DNA from: Candidatus Parvarchaeota archaeon
GTDB taxonomy: Archaea > Nanobdellota > Nanobdellia > B33-G15
DNA length: 32,000 bases
NCBI GenBank assembly: GCA_017608385.1
Contig: JAFCFZ010000002.1
Span: 10,335-42,334 of the forward strand
Direction of reading: 5' to 3'
Positions 1 to 8,487 of this stretch are shown here, in pieces (position 1 is the stretch's first letter; each line of letters opens with the position of its first letter). The notes below the pieces were generated by a model that saw only the letters and a list, made by a program, of their open reading frames with translations, ran no database searches and was not told where the DNA came from. Position numbers and translations under genes: made by a program.

Positions 1-1027
1 CTTTTGCTATGGATTTTACTGGTTTTCTTGTTGCTGTGTAATATTCAGTGATATATCCAATAGCAAGACTAGTAACCAAACCAACAACTGCTGCATAAAA
101 TAAATTAATCTCTCCAAGCATCACATCAATTAAAAAATAAAATGCAACTGCACAAAGGAAGGTAGTAATTAGTTGTACTCTCCACATAGGCATCATCAAA
201 TTCTCATCTTTTCTTACATAATTTATAAAAAATACACCAATTATTGTTGCAAGGATTCCTGCACCTCTAGCGACTAAAGGAAATAAAACACCATTAATTC
301 CAAAAATAGGGAATAAAGCCATTCCTAAAATCATTGCACCTATATTTTCAGCAGTAACAGATTCAAACAAATCCGCTCCTCTTCCTGCACAATCTCCCAC
401 ATTATCTCCAACCAAATCTGCAATAACTGCTGGGTTTCTTGGGTCATCTTCTGGAATTCCTTTTTCAATTTTACCTACTAAATCTGCCCCTATATCTGCT
501 GCTTTTGTAAAAATTCCTCCACCTAACTGAGCAAATAATGCAGCAAGACTTGCACCCAAACCAAAACCAACTATCTTGGATGGATCACCATATACCAAAT
601 AAAGGCCAACAATACCTAAAACACTCAAAGACATAACTGACAAACCAAGGACTGCTCCTCCATAAAAAGCAGTTACCATTGCTGGCTTTGATCCTTTTCT
701 AGCTGCACTTGCTGTTTTGAGATTTGCTCTAGTAGCAATGTCCATACTCATATAGCCTGCAAGTAATGAACAAAAAACGCCTAAAACAAATGATATTGCT
801 GTGTGAACATCTAATAAAAAGTAAAGTACTACTGTTAAAATAAGTCCAATTACTGCGATAGTTGAATACTGTCTTTTAAGATATGCAGTAGATCCTTGTC
901 TAATAGCTAAAGCAATTTCTTGCATTTCTTTTGGTCCCTTGTCTTGTCTTATTATTTTTAGAGCTAACAAGAAGGCTACAACTAAGCCCAAAATTCCAGA
1001 TATGCTAACAAATAAAAGCCAATCCAT
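1..1027 (-). CDS. hppA: Membrane-bound ion-translocating pyrophosphatase (V-PPase), N-terminal part; ORF runs off the left edge
   Basis: Absent from the supplied track because it is truncated. My own minus-strand translation from the ATG at 1027..1025 gives MDWLLFVSISGILGLVVAFLLALKIIRQDKGPKEMQEIALAIRQGSTAYLKRQY... It continues with GGGIFTKAADIGADLVGKIEKGIPEDDPRNPAVIADLVGDNVGDCAGRGADLFES, the V-PPase signature region. No stop codon down to position 1. Confidence 0.85.
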   Translation of the reverse strand, partial: MDWLLFVSISGILGLVVAFLLALKIIRQDKGPKEMQEIALAIRQGSTAYLKRQYSTIAVIGLILTVVLYFLLDVHTAISFVLGVFCSLLAGYMSMDIATRANLKTASAARKGSKPAMVTAFYGGAVLGLSVMSLSVLGIVGLYLVYGDPSKIVGFGLGASLAALFAQLGGGIFTKAADIGADLVGKIEKGIPEDDPRNPAVIADLVGDNVGDCAGRGADLFESVTAENIGAMILGMALFPIFGINGVLFPLVARGAGILATIIGVFFINYVRKDENLMMPMWRVQLITTFLCAVAFYFLIDVMLGEINLFYAAVVGLVTSLAIGYITEYYTATRKPVKSIAK

Positions 1028-1052
1028 TATTTCACCAGTGTTTAAGTAAAAT

Positions 1053-1424
1053 TTATAGGTTTTTTAAAGGTTTTCCCTTGTAAATTTTCAAAAATTTTCT
1101 TTGTCTCAAATAGATATAGGCGACACCCTTTACCTTCAATTCCTCCCTTAATCTCCTATCTACTGTTGCCACAACCATATTTTCATTTTCTGCATAATAA
1201 ACAATATTCTTATCCACATCACCTTTTTCTGAATTAAGAACTTTGACTTTTTTTTGTTTCAATAAATCTATTGCTGCTTTTTGTTTTAATTTTTCTAATT
1301 CTTTTACACAAGATTTCAAAGTAAATAATTCTGAGTCTGGAAATTGAAAATTAATTTCATCATAAATATCAATTCTTTCTTTGAAAGGGATCAATAAAAA
1401 GTTAGTATCCATTAGTATCTTCAT
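1053..1424 (-). CDS. PIN-domain ribonuclease, Fcf1/Utp24-like
   Basis: 123 aa with an ATG start. The N-terminal MDTNFL acidic motif and the C-terminal VATVDRRLREEL motif are typical of small archaeal Fcf1-like PIN proteins. Confidence 0.6.
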   Translation of the reverse strand: MKILMDTNFLLIPFKERIDIYDEINFQFPDSELFTLKSCVKELEKLKQKAAIDLLKQKKVKVLNSEKGDVDKNIVYYAENENMVVATVDRRLREELKVKGVAYIYLRQRKFLKIYKGKPLKNL

Positions 1425-1538
1425 AAAAATAATTTATCCGCTAATCTTATAAAAATTCCTGATGTTTACTTTAAAGAGGGAATATGTTCAAGTAAACAAA
1501 GTAGGCTCTTCAACTAAAAAAACTTAAGGAAAAGAAGT

Positions 1539-2135
1539 CTAACAAAAACTTTCATAGAAAGATTTAGCTATATGTGATTTAAGTTGTTCTTCATCCATTT
1601 TCAAACATTCTTGATTTGCTAATTCATCATCTTTAATTTTACTTCTGTATATAAACACCTTACAAGCATGCAACACTTCTTGTTCGCTTATTTTTTCACA
1701 CTCTTTTAAAGCTTCTTGAAAGTCTATTTTTGATGTTACATCAGCATAACAAAATTCTCTTGAAGGTATGTCACTAACTTTATCACATTCTTGTTTTGCG
1801 TATTCAAGATTTATGTGAGCTAGTGCTTTGGCCTCACAAATAATTTTAGTTGTCTCATCGGGGATTGTACTACACAATTTCTGAACATTCTCCCATGATT
1901 GCTTTTGCATATCTACAACAGCACAGAAAACCGCAGTTTCAGGCGAACTACATCCTCTATTGTTACTCAAAACATCTAAGCATATGTCTTTTTGGTTTTG
2001 GTTAATTGTTTGGTCGCATATGCTGTAATACTCATCTTGATAGATGAAATAAGATGTTATGTTATCGGTGTTAACAATCCCAAAACCCAGTGAAAATAGA
2101 CCAACTATCAAGAGAATTTTTACATATGTTTCCAT
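1539..2135 (-). CDS. Secreted or membrane-anchored cysteine-repeat protein, function unknown
   Basis: 198 aa with an N-terminal hydrophobic segment (ILLIVGLFSLGFGIV). It has 12 Cys arranged as six tandem pairs, four of them C-x11-C (CDQTINQNQKDIC, CSTIPDETTKIIC, CDKVSDIPSREFC, CEKISEQEVLHAC). Confidence 0.55.
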   Translation of the reverse strand: METYVKILLIVGLFSLGFGIVNTDNITSYFIYQDEYYSICDQTINQNQKDICLDVLSNNRGCSSPETAVFCAVVDMQKQSWENVQKLCSTIPDETTKIICEAKALAHINLEYAKQECDKVSDIPSREFCYADVTSKIDFQEALKECEKISEQEVLHACKVFIYRSKIKDDELANQECLKMDEEQLKSHIAKSFYESFC

Positions 2136-2348
2136 AATTTTATTTATTTCAGTTTATACTTAAATAAATTACCTTGGATGCTTGGGGCGTTAAATCAGGA
2201 TATACTTCAAAATGGAAAACATTAAGAGACTCTCTTGGTAAAAATGCTATGGCTTCTGTCCATTTATTTGAAATACATGGTTATACACCAAGAGAAAGAT
2301 AATTCCTTCTTTAGAGAGTTTAAAAGAGTGGTTATTCCAAGCGCTAGT

Positions 2349-2357
2349 TTTATAAAA
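2349..2357 (+). promoter_or_regulatory. TATA-box-like element upstream of tRNA-Val
   Basis: TTTATAAAA is centred about 28 nt upstream of tRNA position 1 (2381), which is canonical archaeal TATA-to-start spacing. Confidence 0.4.
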
Positions 2358-2380
2358 CTTGGTTAATCCCTTGTTTTTAG

Positions 2381-2453
2381 GGGCCCATGGTCTAGAGGCT
2401 ATGACGCCACCCTTACAAGGTGGAAGTCGCCGGTTCGAGTCCGGCTGGGCCCA
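2381..2453 (+). tRNA. tRNA-Val (anticodon UAC), no intron, CCA not encoded
   Basis: Hand-folded cloverleaf. Acceptor stem GGGCCCA/TGGGCCC, D arm GTCT..GAC, anticodon stem CCACC/GGTGG with loop CTTACAA, variable loop AAGTC, T arm GCCGG-TTCGAGT-CCGGC, discriminator A. Confidence 0.93.
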
Positions 2454-2618
2454 TTCTTATTTAAAAAATTTTATGAATGAGTAATAAGAGTTAATTTCAT
2501 GGATATCCCATTAAAATATTTAATTTTCATTCTAATGGTAGCATTGATTATTTCAATATTTTTGGAGTTCAATAGCTTTTCACAAACAGGAATAATTAAC
2601 CAACTGGGTTTAATCTGA

Positions 2619-4499
2619 TTATTTCTTGTTTGCTTTTTCCAAACTAAAAAGAGAGATAGTAATCCCTGCAAAAAATCCTGCCATTATGAATAGATAAGTA
2701 AACATATCTGGATTTGAAGAAGAAATCACTTCTCTTATTTTAACAGTTCCAGAAACTTGTTCAAATTGTTCCTCTGTTGATATGGCCCTGACAAAATCTC
2801 TAGCAACTTTTGCAAATTCTTTGGAATAACTTAAAAACACTAGTGCTTGATAAGGATCTGTATATGCTTTAGAGTATTCATAATAAGATATAGCTAAAAT
2901 AGGTAATAATCCCTCAGATTTTGCATCCTCTATTGAATCAGAAGCATCTAATGTTTTTGAAGCAATCTTTGATTCTAAATCAGAAGTAGTCAATCCTCTT
3001 ACTTCCATTGCTAAATTTGCTTCAGCCATTGATTTCAAAGATTCAAATATGGAAAAAATGTGTTTTCCATCATTATATGCAGATTCAGCAGAATCTAATT
3101 TTTCTTGAGCACTTATTAATAAATTACTAGTAGCAACAGTTGAAGCATATGTTAAAGAAACCCTAGCATTTTCAAGTCTCTCTCTTGCTAGATCTATGAG
3201 ATCATTAACATCAAAAGTCAAGTTTAACTCATCACTAAATTTATCCATTAATTGTTTCCATTGTTCTGTTGTCAAAAGCCTTATTTCTGCAAAAGCATCA
3301 TAATATAGTGCTTGATCATAATCTTTAGAATAATAAGCTAAATAACTGCTATCAATCAAATTCTCAGCCTCTCTCAATCTATCAATTGAAACAATCAATA
3401 ATTCAATATCATAAATATGATTTATATCAGAAGAAAAGATTGTTTGGTTTTCTACCAAAGAAATATCATTTTTAGTGTTGTCTATATCTTCCCTGATGTC
3501 CTCTTTTGAAGAATAAATAGCTGCATAATATGAAACTAGTTTATTTGCATAATTAGATAATATAGAAGATTGAACACAATAACTTGCCGCAGAATAATGT
3601 TGGTAAATGTTACTTAATTGTTGAGCTTCTGTCAAGAAAACTTGGGCTTGATCTAATAAATCTTGTATCTTTTGTGCATCCGAATAACTAAGACTCATTG
3701 AATTCAAGTAAGTGGTAGTATTTTGCAATAAGTCACTAGTATAAACCATGAGAGAATTACTCATTTCCTTTGTTAGTGTAAGATAATCTGTGGTTGCTAT
3801 AATTATTGATGTTGTTTCTTTGATTATTTCATAACCTGTCATTTCTTTGAAAGCATCTTCTACATTTGAAACTTCTATGATTTTCAGTCCCCAATTCTCT
3901 TTTGCGTATTGAGTGACATTAACTGGTCTTATTGTGGTTTCTGTTTGAGTTATTGGACCTACTGTAACTGTTCTAGTCTCCTCAACATACGCAATACTTT
4001 GTCCTCTTGGAATCAAAACATAATCAGCTCCATCCTTCTCAGCTGCTTCTGCTTTTGATAGAATTCCTCCAACAGGCCCCACAGATCCATCTGGATTCAC
4101 AGTTCCTGTCATAAAAACATTATTGTAAATGTCTAAACCTTCTAAAGCAGACATGGTTGCAACTGTCATTGCTGCACCAGCACTAGGTCCTCCAACTATT
4201 GGAAAGTCAGAATATATTTCATAATAAAAATCATGAACACTACAATCCTTATTCAAGGTTTCACAAGCAACTTCTTTAGCAAGTCTTGCACTTGCTTGAG
4301 TGTCTATTTGAGTTAAGGGTATAGTAGATATAAACACCTTTCCAGTTCCATTAACAACATTAACAAATAAATCTGCACTAATTCCTTCTTCCCCACTTTC
4401 TGTTTCCATTACACCAAGGATTTTAGTTGTTGCATTATAAGCGTAAGAACTACTCAAAACTGTAAAAATACACATGAAAAAAAGCAGTTTCTTCATCAT
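2619..4499 (-). CDS. Secreted, C-terminally membrane-anchored Lon-like (S16) serine peptidase domain fused to a long helical domain
   Basis: The track ORF 2619..4508 begins with TTG; the ATG at 4499 gives MMKKLLFFMCIFTVLSSSYA, which looks like a signal peptide. VGGPSAGAAMTVA (catalytic Ser) and VGPVGGILSKAEAAEKDGADYVLIP (catalytic Lys) match the Lon proteolytic-domain dyad. About 400 aa of helical sequence follow, ending in a TM segment (FTYLFIMAGFFAGITISLF). Confidence 0.7.
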   Translation of the reverse strand: MMKKLLFFMCIFTVLSSSYAYNATTKILGVMETESGEEGISADLFVNVVNGTGKVFISTIPLTQIDTQASARLAKEVACETLNKDCSVHDFYYEIYSDFPIVGGPSAGAAMTVATMSALEGLDIYNNVFMTGTVNPDGSVGPVGGILSKAEAAEKDGADYVLIPRGQSIAYVEETRTVTVGPITQTETTIRPVNVTQYAKENWGLKIIEVSNVEDAFKEMTGYEIIKETTSIIIATTDYLTLTKEMSNSLMVYTSDLLQNTTTYLNSMSLSYSDAQKIQDLLDQAQVFLTEAQQLSNIYQHYSAASYCVQSSILSNYANKLVSYYAAIYSSKEDIREDIDNTKNDISLVENQTIFSSDINHIYDIELLIVSIDRLREAENLIDSSYLAYYSKDYDQALYYDAFAEIRLLTTEQWKQLMDKFSDELNLTFDVNDLIDLARERLENARVSLTYASTVATSNLLISAQEKLDSAESAYNDGKHIFSIFESLKSMAEANLAMEVRGLTTSDLESKIASKTLDASDSIEDAKSEGLLPILAISYYEYSKAYTDPYQALVFLSYSKEFAKVARDFVRAISTEEQFEQVSGTVKIREVISSSNPDMFTYLFIMAGFFAGITISLFSLEKANKK

Positions 4500-4520
4500 C
4501 TTAATCAAACAATTTTATAT

Positions 4521-5036
4521 TTAAGGTCTTTTCCACTGGACTTCATAATAAGTTACATCTCCTTCATCATCAACTATTCCCACCAATAGATTTTTTTTGA
4601 CTGAGTGAGCAACCCTATTCATTGAAGCAAATTTTTTCCAATCAAATGATTCATTTTCACTAACACAAAAGAGCACCCATCTTGCGTGTTTTTTTCCTGG
4701 GAGATCTCCCCTATCATAAATCCTAAAATCAGCACCGTATTTCAAAGCGGTTTTAGTTATGTATCCTCTCTTTCTTATATTCCTGTAAACATTATATCTG
4801 ACATAAAATCTCTTTTCAAGTCTATTGGCTCTTCTTAAAAAAGAATCATATGACAATTCCTTTTTCCTTCCATCTACCACATCTAACTTCCCATTTTCCA
4901 CCAAATAAAGAGCCTCAATTAAGGATAAGTGAAGTTGTGCCTTTTCTAAATTCCCATAATGTCCTCTACTAAAGATGCTATTAGCTAATTTTTCATCTTG
5001 AATTATTATTTTATTGCCTATCAAATAACCTGTCAT
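4521..5036 (-). CDS. endA: tRNA-splicing endonuclease, short homotetramer-type subunit
   Basis: The track ORF starts with TTG at 5057; the ATG at 5036 (MTGYLIGNK...) aligns better with archaeal EndA N-termini. Supporting motifs are LSLIEALYL, YGADFRIYDRGD, KKHARWVLFCV and VAHSVKK (Tyr/His/Lys catalytic residues). Confidence 0.9.
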   Translation of the reverse strand: MTGYLIGNKIIIQDEKLANSIFSRGHYGNLEKAQLHLSLIEALYLVENGKLDVVDGRKKELSYDSFLRRANRLEKRFYVRYNVYRNIRKRGYITKTALKYGADFRIYDRGDLPGKKHARWVLFCVSENESFDWKKFASMNRVAHSVKKNLLVGIVDDEGDVTYYEVQWKRP

Positions 5037-5069
5037 TAAAAAAGAAAATTGTCTCAATTTTTAAATAAC

Positions 5070-6176
5070 TTACTTAAAATAAGGATAATTGAATCCGCCT
5101 TCCCTATTCCTAATAAAAATGTATGAAAGACCCAAAATTATCGCAAATGAGATCAATGCATATAGCCATCCATAAGAAGGAGAAAATATTGCAGCTGCTG
5201 TTAAACCAATTGGATTTTCCAATGCAGTTACATTCATTATTCCTGTTTTTATTTCAACTCCATTTGAAAGAATAGTATATTTTACCGAAAACTTTCCAGT
5301 TTCATTTGGGAACAAAGTTGTTCTTATTCTCCCTGTTTCTCCTCCTTTTAATGAAAGGAATTTAGATTCAGATAAGTCTCCAAAAAAGTCTATGGGGGTT
5401 AATTCAAGTGAATAGCTCTTATTGAACAAAGAAGTGTTATTCAAATAAACATTCAACATCACCCGTTCATTTGGATATATATAAAAATCTTCTCCTGAAA
5501 GACTGACTAATGTTTCTTTTGCCTCATCTCTCTTTACAAGAACTTCTGCATTATTTGTTAAACAACTCCATAAATAAAGTGAACAAACTTTCACAGGAAA
5601 GTTGTAATTGCTGCTTCTGAATTCAGAAAAATCTGCTTCTATATCAACATATTCCATATCATGACTTGCTACTTCCACATAACTATGGTTTGATTTTGTG
5701 TAATATCCTGGCAATAAAATCTCAAATAAGTCATCATAAGTTCCTAAATTTGCTATTTTTAGTGTTAAAGTTGTTTCCATATTGGTTATAGAGACTTTTG
5801 GCTGTAAATCAACAATAAATCCCTTTGTTTCTGGAGAAACAGCAAATTCCTTCTCTCTTGTGGTTGAATATCCCTTATTATCATAAATTTTAATCCTAAT
5901 CTTATGAAATCCTGGTGTTTGAGGAGCTTCAAAAAACAATTGAATTTCATTATTTCCCAGACTCAAAACTCTTGAGTTTAATAGATAATGTTCATCAACC
6001 CAATAATCAAAAAAGTAAGTTTTGTCTTCTAGCATGTGATCTATTTTTACTAAAACATTTACTAATTCTCCAGGCATATAAACTAACTCATCCATTTGGA
6101 TATCTGTTTGTAAATTTGCAGCTGAAGAAAAGCCTAACATTATTGGTACTAAAAGTAAAAACATCCATCTCTTCAT
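5070..6176 (-). CDS. Surface protein with signal peptide and C-terminal TM anchor (CARDB-like beta-rich ectodomain), function unknown
   Basis: 368 aa. N-terminus is MKRWMFLLLVPIMLGFSSAANL and the C-terminal TM is WLYALISFAIILGLSYIFI. Several N-x-S/T sequons. No catalytic motif recognised. Confidence 0.5.
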   Translation of the reverse strand: MKRWMFLLLVPIMLGFSSAANLQTDIQMDELVYMPGELVNVLVKIDHMLEDKTYFFDYWVDEHYLLNSRVLSLGNNEIQLFFEAPQTPGFHKIRIKIYDNKGYSTTREKEFAVSPETKGFIVDLQPKVSITNMETTLTLKIANLGTYDDLFEILLPGYYTKSNHSYVEVASHDMEYVDIEADFSEFRSSNYNFPVKVCSLYLWSCLTNNAEVLVKRDEAKETLVSLSGEDFYIYPNERVMLNVYLNNTSLFNKSYSLELTPIDFFGDLSESKFLSLKGGETGRIRTTLFPNETGKFSVKYTILSNGVEIKTGIMNVTALENPIGLTAAAIFSPSYGWLYALISFAIILGLSYIFIRNREGGFNYPYFK

Positions 6177-6213
6177 AATTACATGGTGGTAAAAAAGTCT
6201 TTAAAAATGTTTT

Positions 6214-6378
6214 GGGAGTGGGGTTGGGGAGAATTTCAGGATAGTTATTAGCTAATCCATTTGAACTCCCGCGAGCAGGTTACCTCGTTCCAGATTGATC
6301 GTCATCACCATATGGCTCAGCTAACCCTCTAATTGGAGCCTGCCAGGCTGCCTGGTTACCTCACAACCCCTTACTCCG
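6214..6378 (-). ncRNA. Candidate structured RNA of unknown class, with a terminal helix and a K-loop (L7Ae-type) motif
   Basis: This is the only non-tRNA G+C-rich island, about 50% G+C by hand count against AT-rich flanks. The ends pair (GGAGU..GGGGUUG with CAACCCC..ACUCC). On the minus strand there is a perfect CUGA-8 nt-GUGAUGA arrangement. A TATA-like CTTAAAAGTATAAG lies about 25 nt upstream (6402-6415), and T-runs follow the 3' end. The 5' end overlaps the last codons of the neighbouring ORF. Confidence 0.45.
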
Positions 6379-6598
6379 TAGTTATCATTGTTGAAGTTGA
6401 TCTTATACTTTTAAGCTTTCTTATTTTATTTACAAAGGTGTCTAACGTCTTCAAGTCTTTTGTTTTGACCTTACAAATCAAATCATATTGACCATAGACC
6501 ATATAAACTTCAGAAACTCCTTTGTCTGCTTTGAGTTTCTTTACAGCTACTTTTTCTTTTCCTGATTCAACAACAACCATAACAAATGCTAAAACCAT
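6371..6598 (-). CDS. Stand-alone Lrp/AsnC-type ligand-binding (RAM) domain protein
   Basis: 75 aa. The pattern VAFVMVVVESGKE...VSEVYMVYGQYDLICKVKTKDLKTLDTFV...IRSTSTMI is the beta-alpha-beta-beta-alpha-beta RAM fold. No helix-turn-helix is present. Confidence 0.6.
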   Translation of the reverse strand: MVLAFVMVVVESGKEKVAVKKLKADKGVSEVYMVYGQYDLICKVKTKDLKTLDTFVNKIRKLKSIRSTSTMITTE

Positions 6599-6645
6599 TT
6601 TATCACCAAAATAAAAGAAGCTTATGTTAAAAATAAAGCTTTGGA

Positions 6646-7047
6646 TTAAATTTTTTTCAACTCTTTCTTTATTGTTTCTATTTCTTCTTCTGTCAGATTT
6701 TTTCTCTCATACTTTTCTGTTTTCTTTGGAATTTCTGGAGGGTTTTCAAAATCCTTGTCTTCCTCAAATCTAGGTATTATATGCCAATGTAAATGAGGTA
6801 CCCAATTCCCCAATAATTCAAAATTGATTCTATTTGCTCTCAAAACATTTTTCATTACTTGAGAAACTCTAAAAGCATCATAGAAAAAGTCTTTAGCCAA
6901 CTCCTCACTAATTTCCTCAAGGATTTCATGATGTTCTTTCAAAACAACTTCTACGTGACCCTTATGATGGGGTCTCCCAAAAACAACAAAAACCCTCTCA
7001 TTCTCCCATAAAATCTCTTTTTTTGGGCTGCAAAATTTACAGATCAT
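6646..7047 (-). CDS. HIT-family nucleotide hydrolase/transferase
   Basis: Histidine-triad motif HLHWHIIPR, an N-terminal CKFC, and 133 aa length. Confidence 0.85.
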   Translation of the reverse strand: MICKFCSPKKEILWENERVFVVFGRPHHKGHVEVVLKEHHEILEEISEELAKDFFYDAFRVSQVMKNVLRANRINFELLGNWVPHLHWHIIPRFEEDKDFENPPEIPKKTEKYERKNLTEEEIETIKKELKKI

Positions 7048-7081
7048 AAAAATAACATCTTATTTACATAAATTAATTTAT

Positions 7082-7840
7082 CTATTTTTTAATCCCAACT
7101 AAAAATAAGTAATTCCCAAGATATTTATCAAAAGGTGTTATAAACTCACTTCTTGGATTCTCATTCTTATCATATTTTTTCTTAAAAGGACTAAGTAATC
7201 TTAAGGATTTTAACATTCCTCCTCCAAAAATACTTGATTTTTTAGTGAAATGTTTTGTGATCCTCTTTAATTCTCCCCTTGAAAAAGGATATTCTGTTCC
7301 AAATTGCCATACTCCTTTTTTTTCTGACAAATATTTCCAAACTCTATAAGGGAGACAATACTTATTAGGTACAGAAATGAAGGATATTCCACCTTTTTTA
7401 AGTACATCAAAGTGAGATTTAATTATCTTATTTCTTTTATCTCCAGTAAAGTGCTCAGCAAGACCAAATGACATCGAAACGTGAAATTTATTTTTTAATT
7501 TTTTATCTAATTTTAAAGCATCTCCTAAAACTAATTTTGATTTGATATTGTAATGATCAAAATTTTCTTTTGCCATTTCTAATCCTTTTTTAGAATAATC
7601 CAAAGCAACAACTTCTGCTCCATTAAGGCCAAATAATAAAGAAACAGACCCTGAACCCGCTCCAATTTCTATCACTTTTAGTCCTTTAAATGTTCCAAAT
7701 TCTTTGAGAACATTCTTTTTGATTGTTTTCCAAACAAGGGATTTTTCAGTCACTTCCAGATATTTCTTGCTATATATCTTTCTAGAAACTGTTTTCCAAT
7801 ACTCATCCCATAATTCTGGATCATTCCTATCTTTAACCAT
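7082..7840 (-). CDS. Class I SAM-dependent methyltransferase
   Basis: Motif I is VIEIGAGSGSVSLLF, followed by VVALDYS and LGDALKL, giving the Rossmann methyltransferase order. Substrate unknown. Confidence 0.8.
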   Translation of the reverse strand: MVKDRNDPELWDEYWKTVSRKIYSKKYLEVTEKSLVWKTIKKNVLKEFGTFKGLKVIEIGAGSGSVSLLFGLNGAEVVALDYSKKGLEMAKENFDHYNIKSKLVLGDALKLDKKLKNKFHVSMSFGLAEHFTGDKRNKIIKSHFDVLKKGGISFISVPNKYCLPYRVWKYLSEKKGVWQFGTEYPFSRGELKRITKHFTKKSSIFGGGMLKSLRLLSPFKKKYDKNENPRSEFITPFDKYLGNYLFLVGIKK

Positions 7841-7899
7841 TATACTTTAATCAAATATTAAATTTAAAACAATATTGGTAAAAATAAAAACTAAAAGAA

Positions 7900-8445
7900 T
7901 TAAATTACTGTTGTTAATTTACTATCCTTTCTAAGAGACCAAACAAGGTATATTGTCCCAAAAATGCCCGCAATCAATAAAATTGGTAAACATGCTATTA
8001 ACCATGAGTATATCCAATCATTGAATGTCCATTCTTGAAAGGCAAGATTCCACTTACCTGTAAACCATACAACACCCAACCATATCAATCCAACAAAAAA
8101 TGAAAATCCATTTTCTGCTGATGATTTATCGCTGTTTCTTCCATACTCCTTTTGTTCATCTTCTGGAAGTTGTTTGTACCACTGAAAATAAATTATTGCT
8201 ATTAGCAAAAGTACCCAACTTGCTACAAAGATAAGCTCCCATAAAATCACATTTAAAATAAATGTGAGAAAGTAGCCAACAGTCCATTCTCCAAGTATAG
8301 TTGGTACAATTCCTGTCACTTGTACATCAGCCATAACCCAAAGAAATACAGAAAGTGCTACAATAGAAGCTATTACAATCATTCCAATAAGTAGTACTGT
8401 CATTCCTGGGTGTTTTCTTAGAAATTTTTTCCATGTATCTCCCAT
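7900..8445 (-). CDS. Multi-pass membrane protein, function unknown
   Basis: The track ORF 7900..8466 begins with TTG; the first ATG is at 8445 (MGDTWKKF...). At least four hydrophobic helices with Trp-rich loops. Confidence 0.45.
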   Translation of the reverse strand: MGDTWKKFLRKHPGMTVLLIGMIVIASIVALSVFLWVMADVQVTGIVPTILGEWTVGYFLTFILNVILWELIFVASWVLLLIAIIYFQWYKQLPEDEQKEYGRNSDKSSAENGFSFFVGLIWLGVVWFTGKWNLAFQEWTFNDWIYSWLIACLPILLIAGIFGTIYLVWSLRKDSKLTTVI

Positions 8446-8487
8446 AGTTCTCTCTATTTGCCTCAAATATAAAAGAATTTCGAAGAG

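Noticed and set aside
2136-2380. An unusually long (245 nt) non-coding spacer upstream of tRNA-Val, considered as a possible small RNA or small-protein locus.
   Set aside because: It is AT-rich with no stable helices or G+C enrichment, and its only ORFs are 10-39 codons without start context. Apart from the tRNA-Val TATA box, nothing is supportable from sequence alone.
2471-2671. A 66-aa track ORF on the minus strand, and a 39-aa hydrophobic plus-strand ORF I noticed at 2499..2618 (MDIPLKYLIFILMVALIISIFLEF...).
   Set aside because: The 66-aa ORF overlaps the C-terminus of the Lon-like gene in another frame. The 39-aa ORF has no ribosome-binding site or conservation evidence that I can see. 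Both fit chance ORFs in AT-rich DNA, although the 39-aa one could be tested by ribosome profiling.
6214-6378. Assigning the G+C-rich RNA candidate to SRP RNA, RNase P RNA or an ordinary box C/D sRNA.
   Set aside because: I could not find the RNase P CR-I GGAAAGUCC motif or an SRP helix-8 GGAA/AGCA arrangement. At about 165 nt it is shorter than archaeal versions of either. The perfect CUGA and GUGAUGA boxes lack partner C and D boxes at about 12-nt spacing. It is therefore left unclassified rather than named.
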